64,000 nucleotides of DNA from a virus: positions 1 through 64,000 of IMG/VR virus record IMGVR_UViG_3300044970_002549; one strand, 5' to 3'. The position numbers and the translations under genes were made by a program. Each line of letters starts with the position of its first letter. Positions within the stretch are counted from its first letter, which is position 1. This document shows, piece after piece, positions 1 through 9,772 of this stretch. Below the pieces are notes generated by a model. It did no database searches and was not told where the DNA came from. It saw nothing but the letters and a program-made list of their open reading frames with translations.

Positions 1-962
1 TAAAGAAATGCAGTAATCCCGGCGTCCTTGACGCGAAGGGTGTCAGAGGCAATCTCAATGGTTGAGTCATCAACGTTGACCGCAAGGTCAGTTCCAGTGA
101 GGGTAAGTCCAGCGCCGCCAGTAACTGCGCCAGACCCAGAGAACTGCGTAAATACAAGCGCGGTTGTTCCAAGTGTAATTGTTCCATCGGTGGTAAGAAC
201 CCAACCCGTGTTTCCGTTTGCTGTTCCCTCTTCAACGAAGGTAAAGAGCCCTGGGGTTACCTCTGCGCTTACATCAGCATCGGTTGCTCGAACTGCGGCG
301 CCAGAAGACTGAACAACGTAGATACCGTTTTCGGAACCAGTTGACTGATTCTTAACAAGGACTCGATCACCGGTAGCAAGGGTAATCCCGTCAATTGCGT
401 CGCCGTCTTCAAGGGCAGTGGCCAGGGCAACGTTTGCAGTCGTGGCAACTCGGACAGACGCCTTAACGTCAAGTCCAGAGGCAACGCCGTCAACATACGC
501 CTTGGTTGCCGCATCAGTTGCGTTGGTAACCGAACCAGAGATGGTTACGCTTGTTGCGCTGACAGTACCAGCAGTAAAGTTGCCAGATGCGTCGCGCTTA
601 ACAATCGTGCTTGCGGTGTTTGCATCGGTTGCGCCATTAACAAGCGTGTAGTGGGCGGCGGACATTGAGCCAGCAGATTCTGAGCTTGCGGCAGCGATAG
701 AGATGGTAACCGTTCCGCCAGAAGTTGACTTCTGAATTGGACCGGTAACGTCAATGCCGTCAATAGAGCCTACGGCTTCCCATGCGGAGCCGCTATACAC
801 AAGCAGGCCAACGGCCCCGTCGTTAGAGTCTGAGTTGTAATAGATTTGACCGGTAGTAGGGCTAGCAGGTGGGGTCGCAAGAACCTGAATGACCGCATTG
901 CGCAGCTCATTCTTATTGAGGTCCAGATAGCTTCTTAGGTCTAGATGCGTCAGTATCTTCAC
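1..962 (-). CDS. Tail fibre / virion structural protein (partial, runs off left edge)
   Basis: Not in ORF track (no stop in window). GTG start after GAGGAG RBS, reading MKILTHLDLRSYLDLNKNELRNA. Contains DAATKAYVD, VRVATTAN and GDRVLVKNQ..ENGIY motifs typical of phage tail fibres; Gly/Ser/Thr/Ala-rich. Confidence 0.8.
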   Translation of the reverse strand, partial: MKILTHLDLRSYLDLNKNELRNAVIQVLATPPASPTTGQIYYNSDSNDGAVGLLVYSGSAWEAVGSIDGIDVTGPIQKSTSGGTVTISIAAASSESAGSMSAAHYTLVNGATDANTASTIVKRDASGNFTAGTVSATSVTISGSVTNATDAATKAYVDGVASGLDVKASVRVATTANVALATALEDGDAIDGITLATGDRVLVKNQSTGSENGIYVVQSSGAAVRATDADVSAEVTPGLFTFVEEGTANGNTGWVLTTDGTITLGTTALVFTQFSGSGAVTGGAGLTLTGTDLAVNVDDSTIEIASDTLRVKDAGITAFL

Positions 963-972
963 GGTTTACTCC

Positions 973-1236
973 TCAATTTAGGTATGCGTAACCGCCAAAT
1001 GCGCTTACGAATGACACTGTAATGGCGTTATCGGAGACGTACAATACCTCGCCGATCTGAACATTGCCGGCGCTATCTACAATTGTTACACTTGGCTTGC
1101 AGCCAAGGTTGTGCTCAATCGTCCAAGTTGCCGATGGGGAAGCCTGATTATGGGTATACGTTGCGTGTGATACGCCCAATTGCCCTGCGGAAATAATTAC
1201 TTCGTTAACATTCTCTGTTACGGTAATTTGACTCAT
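973..1236 (-). CDS. Small tail-fibre-associated protein
   Basis: HNQASPSATWTIEHNLG..PSVTIVDS beta-rich motif; co-oriented and adjacent to the tail fibre gene. Confidence 0.6.
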   Translation of the reverse strand: MSQITVTENVNEVIISAGQLGVSHATYTHNQASPSATWTIEHNLGCKPSVTIVDSAGNVQIGEVLYVSDNAITVSFVSAFGGYAYLN

Positions 1237-1580
1237 CTTGTGGCCTCTCCGGCTACCTCAAAATCCCCTTTGAGTATTTTTGTTACTTTTCCGTTTGTGT
1301 CAATAATTTCAAGGTCGTAGACGTAGCTTCCCGATGGTACCGTTTCCATTGAAGCAGCAGAAATGGTAATTCCAATAGTTCCAGCAGCTCCCCCTAGGAC
1401 CAATCCGGCAGAGGAGGTTAGGCGCAAATAAGCGTCATCTGAAGACAAAGTTCGACGTACTTGCATCCTTGCGGTATACCCGGTCAAGTTGACCAGAACC
1501 CCAGAGGAATTCTTGTACGTGATCGTTGCCAGATAATCGCTTCCCTGCTCAGCTGAGATGTCATAGGTGGAAAGTGCCAT
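1233..1580 (-). CDS. BppU-N/LtfC-like Ig-fold tail/baseplate protein
   Basis: EQGSD...VNLTGYTARMQVR...YVYDLEI...KILKGDF pattern; 4-nt overlap with the downstream gene. Confidence 0.65.
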   Translation of the reverse strand: MALSTYDISAEQGSDYLATITYKNSSGVLVNLTGYTARMQVRRTLSSDDAYLRLTSSAGLVLGGAAGTIGITISAASMETVPSGSYVYDLEIIDTNGKVTKILKGDFEVAGEATR

Positions 1581-1627
1581 GCAGGGATATTATGGTAAAT
1601 GTTGGTAATAGGCAACGATTTTAGGTT

Positions 1628-2017
1628 CTACCCGCCTATTGTTCTTTTGAGCTCCCGAAGGCTTCTTGCTGCTTTTTCAAAGGCCATGACCTGCTGATCG
1701 ATTGCGTCTACAAGGTTCTTGCTCACCGCGGCGACCTCTATCATTGCAGTGGCCTCCTCATACTCGATCTGAGTTAGCCGGTTTCTGATCTTCGTGTATG
1801 CCTTGCTCCTCATTGGAACCCCAGACGAGGCATAGCATCTCATTGTTTCAGGGGTCAAGCCATACGCCGATGCAGCCGCAGCGCATGCATCTTTTATCGA
1901 CCTGTGCTTGGGAAAGTCTTTTGCCAGCAACCTCTGAAGGTCGCCTCCGTCAATTGGGTCTCTTGACACATTCACCTCAATAGTAGTCGGAGCATGATGC
2001 AAAATATCCGCATTCAC
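1628..2017 (-). CDS. Hypothetical protein (possible HTH plus coiled coil)
   Basis: ORF track; start uncertain. Confidence 0.5.
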   Translation of the reverse strand: MNADILHHAPTTIEVNVSRDPIDGGDLQRLLAKDFPKHRSIKDACAAAASAYGLTPETMRCYASSGVPMRSKAYTKIRNRLTQIEYEEATAMIEVAAVSKNLVDAIDQQVMAFEKAARSLRELKRTIGG

Positions 2018-2171
2018 ATCTAAGCTTGCACTTGTCTTCTTTCATTTGTTTTCCGCAATTTAGGCAAGTTCTAACCATCTCTTCTGGCGATGGGCGGCAA
2101 TCATAGCAAACTTTTCCATGATCCTCCACCGGGCCCTCGCAGGAGACGCAGTTATTTGCAGATTCACTCAT
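1977..2171 (-). CDS. Small multi-CxxC zinc-finger protein
   Basis: MSESANNCVSC..CYDC..CLNCG..CKLRCECGYFASCSDYY; GGGAG RBS before the ATG at 2171. Confidence 0.6.
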   Translation of the reverse strand: MSESANNCVSCEGPVEDHGKVCYDCRPSPEEMVRTCLNCGKQMKEDKCKLRCECGYFASCSDYY

Positions 2172-2198
2172 ACGATACTCCCATGCTATATTACTACC

Positions 2199-2714
2199 AT
2201 GGCTAAACGTGGTCGCGTAGGGGCCGAGCAACTTGCCTCTCTCCGCGAGAAAATCAAGGGCTTGCATCTTCAGGGTGTTCCGACCCAGGAGATTGCCTCT
2301 GCCGTTGCGCTTTCTCCAGAGACGGTTCGAAAGCACATCTACGCAATTAGAAAACAATGGTCCGAAGAAGGGCCTGACTCTGCCGCCAGTCGGCTAGAGT
2401 TGATTCAGCGCGCCAATCTTATCGCAAAGATGGCAGCTGGTGGCGCAGCTCGCGCCAGGGGGACAAGAGAGGAGGCAACTTTCCTGAAACTTCAGCTTGA
2501 GGTCATTGACAGGATTGCAAAGCTTACTGGCTCGTATGCTAGCGAGCGCATCGGAGGAGACACGAACGTGGCTATTCAAATCAACAACACGGTTCATGAA
2601 ATAGATCAGCTGCCGCCAGAGGATCTTGCGGCTCGCCTACAGATGTGGGCCGCTGAGATAGAGGGAAAGGCAGTGCTCCTTGAGTCAAGCCCAGACGGTC
2701 AACCAGAAGTATAG
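2199..2714 (+). CDS. terS: Terminase small subunit
   Basis: N-terminal HTH (TQEIASAVALSPETVRKH), helical body, overlaps terL start. Confidence 0.7.
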   Translation: MAKRGRVGAEQLASLREKIKGLHLQGVPTQEIASAVALSPETVRKHIYAIRKQWSEEGPDSAASRLELIQRANLIAKMAAGGAARARGTREEATFLKLQLEVIDRIAKLTGSYASERIGGDTNVAIQINNTVHEIDQLPPEDLAARLQMWAAEIEGKAVLLESSPDGQPEV

Positions 2715-4107
2715 AGAATGGCTTCGGAATAAGGCAGCAACCTCCGATGCAGCATTTGCCGAATACGTCAGCGGTCTTGTGTTCCCAAAACATTTGCGAG
2801 AAATGGAACAGTTTCTTGATGGCAACGACCGCGGTCTTGTTCTCATGCCACGAGGACACGCCAAAACCACACAGCTGATTCATCGAGCCGCCAGGGTGAT
2901 TGGAGCAACACATGGCAAGGTGCGCATCGGCATTCTGACATCAGTCATGTCTGACGCCCTTGCTCGATCCCGCGCCATTAAGTCCATTATTGAGTCACCG
3001 TACTTTGCTGAAGTATTCCCATGGGCAAGAGAAGGTGTGATCGGGTCAAAATGGACTGACGAAGTGTGGACCGTCAAGGGCGCAAACCTTGGTAAGGACT
3101 CAACCTGCTTTGCCGATGGTCTTGGGTCGATTAAGCCGGGCGCACGACTTGACGTTCTTTTTGCAGACGACATGGTTGGAATGAAGGAGAATGCGACAGC
3201 CGTCCAGCGACAAAAGGCTAGCGAGACCTACTGGCAGGTTGTTGATCCAATGCTTGTTCCTGGAGCCAAGCGTTGGTATATCGGTACTAGATGGCACGAA
3301 GACGATTTTTATGCCGAGTTAATGAGGAAAGAGGTCGCGTTCTACCAGCGACGCGCAGTAGAGGGGGAGAATGTTTTGTGGCCAGAGATGTATACGATGG
3401 CAGACATGGATCAAAAGAAAATGGAGCTTGGTGGTCCCATCTTCATGCTTCAGTTCCAGAACGACGTTACATCAATGGGTGGCAACATTTTCCGATACGA
3501 GTATTTCCAGCGAGTTGACCGCGTTCCAGAAGGGGCTCGACGCCTTGGAGTAGACCTTGCGTCTTCCGCAAGCGAGAGAAGCGACTACACCGCTGCTGTC
3601 GAGGTTCTTGAGGATGACCAGCACAACCTTTATATTGTCGGCTGCTGGAAGGCCAGGCTGCAAGAGGGGCATAAGGCGTGGCTTACCGGATACGACAACT
3701 TCGGCTCTATGGTGCAGGACAGTGGCCCACGCTTGCTTTGGCCGCAGCGACTTGTTGGCGTCAGGGGACTAGACATGGAACTTGATTCACCTAGATTTTT
3801 CGAGTCAGTGAATATTGAGGCAGTGCAGCATCAAAGCACATTTGTCAGGGAAATCCTGTCATCAACAAAGCTTCCTGCCCGTGCCATTAGGCCAGACAGG
3901 GATAAGGTGACTCGATCCCGCGCACTTTCAGCCCGGTATGAGGCTGGCAAAGTGTTTCATGTTAATGGCGCACCTGGAATTGAAGACCTTGAATCAAACA
4001 TGTTGGCCTTCCCTAACGGTAGTCACGACGACCTGGTTGATGCGCTTGTGTACGCCGCCGATCTCGGCGGAGACGGCTTCTATTTCACCTCAGCTAAGAG
4101 GTATTGA
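2680..4107 (+). CDS. terL: Terminase large subunit
   Basis: Walker A MPRGHAKTT, Walker B VLFADD, GTRWHEDD, RNase H-like GVDLA and C-terminal HDDLVDALVYA. Confidence 0.95.
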   Translation: MSQAQTVNQKYREWLRNKAATSDAAFAEYVSGLVFPKHLREMEQFLDGNDRGLVLMPRGHAKTTQLIHRAARVIGATHGKVRIGILTSVMSDALARSRAIKSIIESPYFAEVFPWAREGVIGSKWTDEVWTVKGANLGKDSTCFADGLGSIKPGARLDVLFADDMVGMKENATAVQRQKASETYWQVVDPMLVPGAKRWYIGTRWHEDDFYAELMRKEVAFYQRRAVEGENVLWPEMYTMADMDQKKMELGGPIFMLQFQNDVTSMGGNIFRYEYFQRVDRVPEGARRLGVDLASSASERSDYTAAVEVLEDDQHNLYIVGCWKARLQEGHKAWLTGYDNFGSMVQDSGPRLLWPQRLVGVRGLDMELDSPRFFESVNIEAVQHQSTFVREILSSTKLPARAIRPDRDKVTRSRALSARYEAGKVFHVNGAPGIEDLESNMLAFPNGSHDDLVDALVYAADLGGDGFYFTSAKRY

Positions 4108-4117
4108 GCCAGTCTCC

Positions 4118-4456
4118 TTAATCCTCCACCACGTTCGGTTGAGCTTGAATCGTAGCAAAAACAGGCATCCCGGGCTTCATAAACGCACCCTCCACGTTGA
4201 AAGAGATGTACTCGTCTGCTTGTGACCAGAAGTCTTCATCTTCCTCAATCTCTGATGTCCTGGCCCCTACGTTGGCGTGCTCTTCCATCATCTCTTTGGC
4301 CATCTTTGCAACCATCTTAGACCTATCGTAAATCGCCACGGTCTTCTGGCCGTCATTGCCGTGGAAAATAGTTCCGTGCCCGATAAGGCAGTCGTCCCAT
4401 CCATCTGCATACAAGACGTCTTCTATCTTATCCATTCTTTGTACTCCTATACTCAA
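4118..4456 (-). CDS. Conserved phage hypothetical protein
   Basis: ADGWDDCLIG...AIYDRSKM...EYISFNVEGA..PVF pattern; member of a coupled operon. Confidence 0.6.
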   Translation of the reverse strand: MSIGVQRMDKIEDVLYADGWDDCLIGHGTIFHGNDGQKTVAIYDRSKMVAKMAKEMMEEHANVGARTSEIEEDEDFWSQADEYISFNVEGAFMKPGMPVFATIQAQPNVVED

Positions 4457-4799
4457 ACGTGCGCTTCTTCCCGCAAGGAACGCAGTATGTTATCGCGTGA
4501 TTTGGAGAAATTGTGTTAGAGGAGATCTTATCTTTCTCCTTCTCTACTGCCCCGCAGCCAGTGCACACCCAACCGCCTCGCCTGGTCATATCAACGACTA
4601 TGAGCCGGTACTGCCATGACTTCTTGGCTGGGTCTGGGTTTTGGCGTGTCTCAATAACGTGGCCGTCTTTCCGGAGCTCTTCAATTCTTGCACCAAACCG
4701 CTCTCCGCCAACCGTGACGTGAAGCAGAAGCTTTGAGTCAACCCAGGAGTTCTTGCTATCCTGAAGTATCTTAAGAATTTCCTGCTTTTTGCTAGTCAA
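4428..4799 (-). CDS. Winged-HTH plus zinc-ribbon protein
   Basis: RFGARIEELRKDGHVIET; CTGC and CVPC pairs. Confidence 0.6.
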   Translation of the reverse strand: MTSKKQEILKILQDSKNSWVDSKLLLHVTVGGERFGARIEELRKDGHVIETRQNPDPAKKSWQYRLIVVDMTRRGGWVCTGCGAVEKEKDKISSNTISPNHAITYCVPCGKKRTFEYRSTKNG

Positions 4800-4801
4800 G
4801 G

Positions 4802-5158
4802 CTATTTTCCTTTTAGTCCGGTCAGGGCGTGATTAGCCCAAGCGTAAATATATGACTCACACCCGGCAACCGTTTGCTGCTGAAACGTTACGGCGAACCT
4901 ATCGTCACCAATGTTCATTCCGGCGTGCCCATGAAACTTCTTTGTCTTGCTGTTTTTAGCAATAAAGCAAAAACCATCACTATCTTTTGACATCGATGCG
5001 TTTCTTGCGCCAACGTTTTTTGCCACAACATCCAAGAAGTCAGCTAGGCGATCTGCTGCTTGGCGAGCCTTCTTGTTGTCAATAGCGTGAATGGCGACCT
5101 CTTTTGCTTTGCTTGGAATATCGTCTGAACTACTGCCCCAACTCATCACGGCCCCCAA
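4802..5158 (-). CDS. Hypothetical protein
   Basis: ORF in tightly packed minus-strand operon. Confidence 0.5.
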   Translation of the reverse strand: MGAVMSWGSSSDDIPSKAKEVAIHAIDNKKARQAADRLADFLDVVAKNVGARNASMSKDSDGFCFIAKNSKTKKFHGHAGMNIGDDRFAVTFQQQTVAGCESYIYAWANHALTGLKGK

Positions 5159-5318
5159 TCTCTTCTAGCAGCGTTCGCGCATTTTTCGCTGCTACGTCTG
5201 CATCCTGCTCTGCGCCGACACCGTATACGTATCTACTGTCCCTGCCAATAAGTGCCCACATCCATAAGCCTGTAATTTCATCCCGCGTAAACACGGTCCA
5301 AATATTGATTTCCCTCAT
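5130..5318 (-). CDS. Hypothetical protein
   Basis: ATGA overlap with the upstream gene. Confidence 0.5.
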   Translation of the reverse strand: MREINIWTVFTRDEITGLWMWALIGRDSRYVYGVGAEQDADVAAKNARTLLEEIGGRDELGQ

Positions 5319-5536
5319 GGCAATCTCCTACGGGCTGCAGCAAGCGTGCTCATGTAGGCCTTGTTAAGGCCGTCTACATACCCCCGATTGTACTCTCCAT
5401 CAAATTGTTTTTCAATCATCGCCTTCCTTTCGTTATCAATTTTTTCTGCAAGCTCACGCAACGCATTGACTCTTCCTATCGCCTTTCCCTGAGAAACTGC
5501 TGCTGTCATAATGTTTGCCATGTTGTTCTTGCTCAT
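5315..5536 (-). CDS. Hypothetical protein
   Basis: ATGA overlaps on both sides; YNRGYVDGL motif. Confidence 0.5.
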   Translation of the reverse strand: MSKNNMANIMTAAVSQGKAIGRVNALRELAEKIDNERKAMIEKQFDGEYNRGYVDGLNKAYMSTLAAARRRLP

Positions 5537-5994
5537 TGTCTTGCCCTGACCTCATACTTGCTAAAGCCGCGCAACGGACACCCCTTATCCCAGCAAAATC
5601 CTCCGTCCTCTGGCGTATCGCCAGCACACGCAAGGCACATTTTATCAATTGCCTTTTGCATCAATTCGCTTTGTTTGGCTGATTGCAGCATTTTTTTAGT
5701 GGCTGGACGCTGCGGTGAAGACATCTTGATTCTTTGGATTATGTGGTTTGCCTCTGTCCGATTTTTCCTTGCGATATGCTGGATAAAATCAAGCAAGAAC
5801 TTATCAGTAATTCTTCGATGCCCATAGAGAAACGCAAGCACGGAGCTCTTGCTGTACTTGTTCATCTCTTCAGCAAGTCTCAACGCTGCGTCGCGCTTAG
5901 TCATTCCTGGGTAAAGCTCTTTCAGCTCATAGGCAAACTGGGTGTAGTCAAGCTCAATTTTTTCGGCCTGCTCTGTCATATTAACGCTTGACAA
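5533..5994 (-). CDS. HTH-like protein with C-terminal Cys cluster
   Basis: KAIDKMCLAC...CWDKGCPL motif. Confidence 0.55.
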   Translation of the reverse strand: MSSVNMTEQAEKIELDYTQFAYELKELYPGMTKRDAALRLAEEMNKYSKSSVLAFLYGHRRITDKFLLDFIQHIARKNRTEANHIIQRIKMSSPQRPATKKMLQSAKQSELMQKAIDKMCLACAGDTPEDGGFCWDKGCPLRGFSKYEVRARQ

Positions 5995-6325
5995 TATCTA
6001 CCTTTAGTGGGCGTCCCCACTTACCCCTGCGAAGCGCAACTGCAATTAGGGCGTAGTTTGCAATATCGAGAAGCGTGTCTTCCAGGGACTCTTCCTGGTC
6101 GTCGTCCATTTCGTTAAGAAATACCTGACCGCCAACAATGCGTCCATTCAAGAACTTTTTCGCACGAGCAATCTTGTCGTGGGCAATTCTGCTAATGACA
6201 CCATGCAGTCCAAGTTGCTCAATGTTTGAATTGCCGTACCTCGCCTGCTTGTCACAAAGCAGCTTGAACGCCTCATCGTAAATCTCCTGAAATGCTTGCT
6301 CAAACGTTTCTTGGTTTGATGCCAT
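5981..6325 (-). CDS. Nucleotide-modification-associated domain 1 (Nmad1/DUF1599-like; MazG/dUTPase-like helical fold)
   Basis: KQARYGNS...SRIAHDKIAR...ESLEDTLLDIANYALI signature. Confidence 0.75.
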   Translation of the reverse strand: MASNQETFEQAFQEIYDEAFKLLCDKQARYGNSNIEQLGLHGVISRIAHDKIARAKKFLNGRIVGGQVFLNEMDDDQEESLEDTLLDIANYALIAVALRRGKWGRPLKVDIVKR

Positions 6326-6339
6326 TGAGTCCGCCCTCC

Positions 6340-7224
6340 TTATGAATTCTTTTTCATGAACTTCAGCGCCCTTGAAATTCCTTCGTCAAGGTCCACTTTT
6401 GGCTTGTATACCGCAGACATTGCGGATATGTCTGCCACTCTCCAGTTCACACCCTCTGGCTTGTCCTTTAGCAGTTGATACTTTGGGAAATATCCCGCAT
6501 GCTTTGAAACCATCTCCGCAAGTTCCATGAAGCTTGTCGGGTGCCCGGTGCCGATGTTCAGTGGTTGATCATACTCCATTGAGATTGCCGCCTCAACACA
6601 GCCAACCACGTCTGAGATGTGAACAAAGTCTCTTGTCTGCGTGCCATCTCCCCATATAACAAATGGGTTATCTCGATCAAGTCCTCGCTTGATGAATGAT
6701 GGGAATGGATAGTCTAGGGCCTGGTCTTCTCCGTATCCGGAGAACGGTCGGAAGATATGAACCTTGACACCTTCCGCTTTTGCAAATTGAGCAAGATACT
6801 CCCCGGTAAGCTTTGACCATCCGTACGTCAGGTCTGGGTTCTGAATGTTCGAGAGGTCAATGTCTGACTCTTTAAGTTTTCTGTGGCTATCTTTTCTTTG
6901 CAGCGATACTGGGTATGCCGCAGAAGAGGAGAAGTACACGACCCGCTTTTGCTTTGTCCTAATCGCCCACTGCCACATTTCGGCATCGATTGAAAGGTCA
7001 ACGGCGACCGACAACGGACTTCCTTCAATCTTGGCTCGGCCTCCAACTACGGCCGCCAGGTGGATTACCAGATCAAACTGCGTATGGTTGGCAAAGGCAA
7101 AGAACTTTCTGACATCAAGTGAGTCCACGATATCAACACCGAGCACCTGATGGCCTTGAGCCTCATAATGCTGCTGAAAATACCTTCCTACAAATCCCCT
7201 GTTTCCGGTGATCAGTATGTTCAT
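6340..7224 (-). CDS. NAD-dependent sugar-nucleotide epimerase/dehydratase (extended SDR)
   Basis: ITGNRGFVG Rossmann motif, HLAA, SSSAAY, YGWSK, RPFSGYG, GDGTQTRDFVH. Confidence 0.92.
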   Translation of the reverse strand: MNILITGNRGFVGRYFQQHYEAQGHQVLGVDIVDSLDVRKFFAFANHTQFDLVIHLAAVVGGRAKIEGSPLSVAVDLSIDAEMWQWAIRTKQKRVVYFSSSAAYPVSLQRKDSHRKLKESDIDLSNIQNPDLTYGWSKLTGEYLAQFAKAEGVKVHIFRPFSGYGEDQALDYPFPSFIKRGLDRDNPFVIWGDGTQTRDFVHISDVVGCVEAAISMEYDQPLNIGTGHPTSFMELAEMVSKHAGYFPKYQLLKDKPEGVNWRVADISAMSAVYKPKVDLDEGISRALKFMKKNS

Positions 7225-7877
7225 AGCCCAAGAATCTTCTTGATGTCGTGCGCGAACTGCGTTGTCATGTATTGGTGATATGATTCTGCGTCTTTTGAGT
7301 AGGTCGTTTCGTTGTTGGTTTCCATATAAAGCGCGTCTGGCTGGGCCTTACCGTTCAGGTAGTGCATGTGCTCAATAACTACGTCCCCACGATATCGGCA
7401 GTTTCCAAGCGACCTACCAAGCTCAAGCCAAAAATTATCCATGTACATGTGAAGCAGGGCAGGAGGAACCATAAAGCCGATTTTCTTTACGATAGACGAA
7501 GAGAGCACAACCGCCGTTGGAAGCGCTGCGCCCTGAAGCAGGTCGTTTCCGTACGCAACCCCTGGATCAGACCCAATCTCTTCTGTTAAAATCCTGTCCC
7601 ATCCCTGCGTCCTTGGCCGATGATCGTCACCCATGAATGCCAAGTAGTCGTACTTATCTGCGTTCTGAGTCGCCAAAAGATTCAGTGTTCCACCCATTCT
7701 CAGGCGTGGGTTTTTCTCGGAGCGTGCTAGAACCTCGTCTGAATATGTGCTGGCGTCGTCATCGTCAAGCCCAAACAGAATGTCTGATATTTCTGATGTC
7801 TGCTTGAACTGCTCGAGCAACTGCTCGCAAGAATCTGGCCGCTTTCGGCTTGGGACGATCAATAGCATGCTACTCAT
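7221..7877 (-). CDS. GT-A (family 2-like) glycosyltransferase
   Basis: IVPSRKRP start, FMGDDH DxD-like motif, HMYMDN, VIEHMH; coupled to the epimerase. Confidence 0.75.
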   Translation of the reverse strand: MSSMLLIVPSRKRPDSCEQLLEQFKQTSEISDILFGLDDDDASTYSDEVLARSEKNPRLRMGGTLNLLATQNADKYDYLAFMGDDHRPRTQGWDRILTEEIGSDPGVAYGNDLLQGAALPTAVVLSSSIVKKIGFMVPPALLHMYMDNFWLELGRSLGNCRYRGDVVIEHMHYLNGKAQPDALYMETNNETTYSKDAESYHQYMTTQFAHDIKKILGL

Positions 7878-8148
7878 TTTTGCTCCTGTATTTCATGTCC
7901 ATTAGCCATTGGGCTTCGACCTCTGACAGCCGGACAAATTCTCCCTCCAGACTCTTTTCGCCAAACACGACAGCATACGGCTCTTCGTCATCAATCCATC
8001 GGGGGGAAAGCGTGATGAGCACGTTGAACGCGGAGGCCCATAGATACCAGATTGCCGACGCCTTTTGGCTCGGTGGAGTTATCGCTTCCATGCTAGGACT
8101 ATAACACAAGGCTTGTAGATTGCCCCAAGATTGACCGACCACCCCCAT
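7870..8148 (-). CDS. Hypothetical protein
   Basis: ORF track; true start probably MEAITPP (~8091). Confidence 0.45.
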   Translation of the reverse strand: MGVVGQSWGNLQALCYSPSMEAITPPSQKASAIWYLWASAFNVLITLSPRWIDDEEPYAVVFGEKSLEGEFVRLSEVEAQWLMDMKYRSKNE

Positions 8149-8196
8149 GGCAATACTCTAGGTATAAGAGCGCGTGCTCAGTAGTAGCGAGGTTAT

Positions 8197-8421
8197 ATGG
8201 CTGTCAAGACTAACGCAAAAGTTGCTGTGAAGTCCGCCCCGCCAAAGACGGTGGCGACTAGGCACAGCTGCGCCAAATGCGAAACGACCATCATGTCAAA
8301 TGATGTTGCATCATGGCTTCATATTTGGTACGAAGGCACTGCCTCAAAGCGCTCTGTGATGCGTCAGTACCACAAGAAGTGCGCTCCATCTATTTCCGCC
8401 GACTCAGGGAGGTCGAGATGA
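8197..8421 (+). CDS. Small Zn-binding hypothetical protein
   Basis: GAGG RBS; CAKC...HKKC. Confidence 0.55.
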   Translation: MAVKTNAKVAVKSAPPKTVATRHSCAKCETTIMSNDVASWLHIWYEGTASKRSVMRQYHKKCAPSISADSGRSR

Positions 8422-8594
8422 TCGCCGAATACATTCCTTTTCCTGAGGACGACGAGCAGGTCGAAGAAGAGTGCGGAGACAGTTGCGGCCTTGCCCTTGC
8501 TGAGCGTGTGTGCGAAGTTTGCGACGACGTTTTTGTAGCCTGCTACGAACACGAGCGCTGGGTGCAGTCCTGCGAAATTTGCCGTGAGGTCTAG
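8418..8594 (+). CDS. Small Cys-rich protein
   Basis: GGAGG RBS, ATGA overlap; CEVC and CEIC. Confidence 0.5.
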   Translation: MIAEYIPFPEDDEQVEEECGDSCGLALAERVCEVCDDVFVACYEHERWVQSCEICREV

Positions 8595-9024
8595 TAAGTC
8601 AGAGCGCAATCAAGAGATTGCTGAGCTTTTTCTTGATGGATATACAGCCAATGAAATTGGGCGCATGTACGGCATTAGCAAGCAACGAGTTTCCTTCATC
8701 CTCCACGGGCTTGGGATTAGGGCCGACGAGGAGTTCACAACCGTCATTCTTCCGGAGCCGTACATCGTTGCCGTAGACTTTGGTGACAGTTTCAGCACCA
8801 CCATGCTTGAGTGGTCCGAAGCAAAAATCTTGCCTAAGTTTGACCAGGTAGTTTTCACCACGCCTGACGACGTGCATGCAGAGCTACGAAAGCTTAGCAA
8901 GCTGGAACACGTTGTTGCATACATACCTTCCGCAGAGGGTGCTGCCCTGCCTGGACGCGAGATTCGGTCCAATTGGCTTGTGTATGCCTACCCGATGCAA
9001 GAGTCCCGACTTACGACTCCTTGA
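8584..9024 (+). CDS. Sigma70-region-4-like HTH protein
   Basis: ERNQEIAELFLDGYTANEIGRMYGISKQRVSFIL. Confidence 0.65.
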   Translation: MRSSKSERNQEIAELFLDGYTANEIGRMYGISKQRVSFILHGLGIRADEEFTTVILPEPYIVAVDFGDSFSTTMLEWSEAKILPKFDQVVFTTPDDVHAELRKLSKLEHVVAYIPSAEGAALPGREIRSNWLVYAYPMQESRLTTP

Positions 9025-9772
9025 CGTACTTAGACATGTCGCTTACTGCAAGAGCGTCAAAGTACATGTCGATAAATCCAACGTGACCGGTCTTGGCGTC
9101 GATCTTTGCCTTCAGGGAGACACCAGCTTCCTTTGCCAGCATGCAGAAACCAACATCTTCACCAGAGTACGTCAGTGACTTTTCGTCAAAACGATAGCTA
9201 AAGAATTTGTAAAGAAGCCGTTCCTTCTTTTCAGAGTAGTAGACGGCTGTTGGGTCAAAGTCCATAATCTTCTGAATTGCTCCTCGGCTGACAATCATTG
9301 CACCGGTTCCAATCCACGGGACATCTACTAGGCCGTTTTCGTCGGGCTGCACCGTATCGTTTTCAATGCCAAAGTTTGCGTCCCCGAGAATTGAGGTGAT
9401 TCTCTCAACTGGGAATTCTGGGTTGTCTCTCACAAAGCTAATGGCGCGCTCCCACTGCGGGAATTTCCGCGAGCACGGCAGACCAATAATCGAGTCGCCA
9501 AGTACGCGCAGGGCATCCACAATGTCTGATGGCTGGTAGGTGATGTCTGCGTCCACAAGAAGCGCAGCGTCAGCGTCGCTTTCGATGAAGTCCTGCATTA
9601 GGTGGTTTCTTGCGCTAAACAGAATTGAGTTTCCCTTGTGGAATCTTGCGCTGCAGTTTACGCGCTGTTCAAATAGGCGACTCTTTAGGCCAACCAAGGA
9701 TGACACGTACTCAATGCTCACCTTTCCGTCTAGGCTCGGCGTAACCACAAGAAGCTTCTTGATGCCGTCCAT
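9011..9772 (-). CDS. GT-A glycosyltransferase (paralog of 10014..10832)
   Basis: ARNHL, LLVDADI, GTGAMIVSR, SGEDVGFC, GHVG. Confidence 0.8.
   Translation of the reverse strand: MDGIKKLLVVTPSLDGKVSIEYVSSLVGLKSRLFEQRVNCSARFHKGNSILFSARNHLMQDFIESDADAALLVDADITYQPSDIVDALRVLGDSIIGLPCSRKFPQWERAISFVRDNPEFPVERITSILGDANFGIENDTVQPDENGLVDVPWIGTGAMIVSRGAIQKIMDFDPTAVYYSEKKERLLYKFFSYRFDEKSLTYSGEDVGFCMLAKEAGVSLKAKIDAKTGHVGFIDMYFDALAVSDMSKYVKES

Noticed and set aside
28-763. Four short ORFs at the left edge
   Set aside because: Shadows of the unlisted tail-fibre ORF (962 to beyond 1, minus strand).
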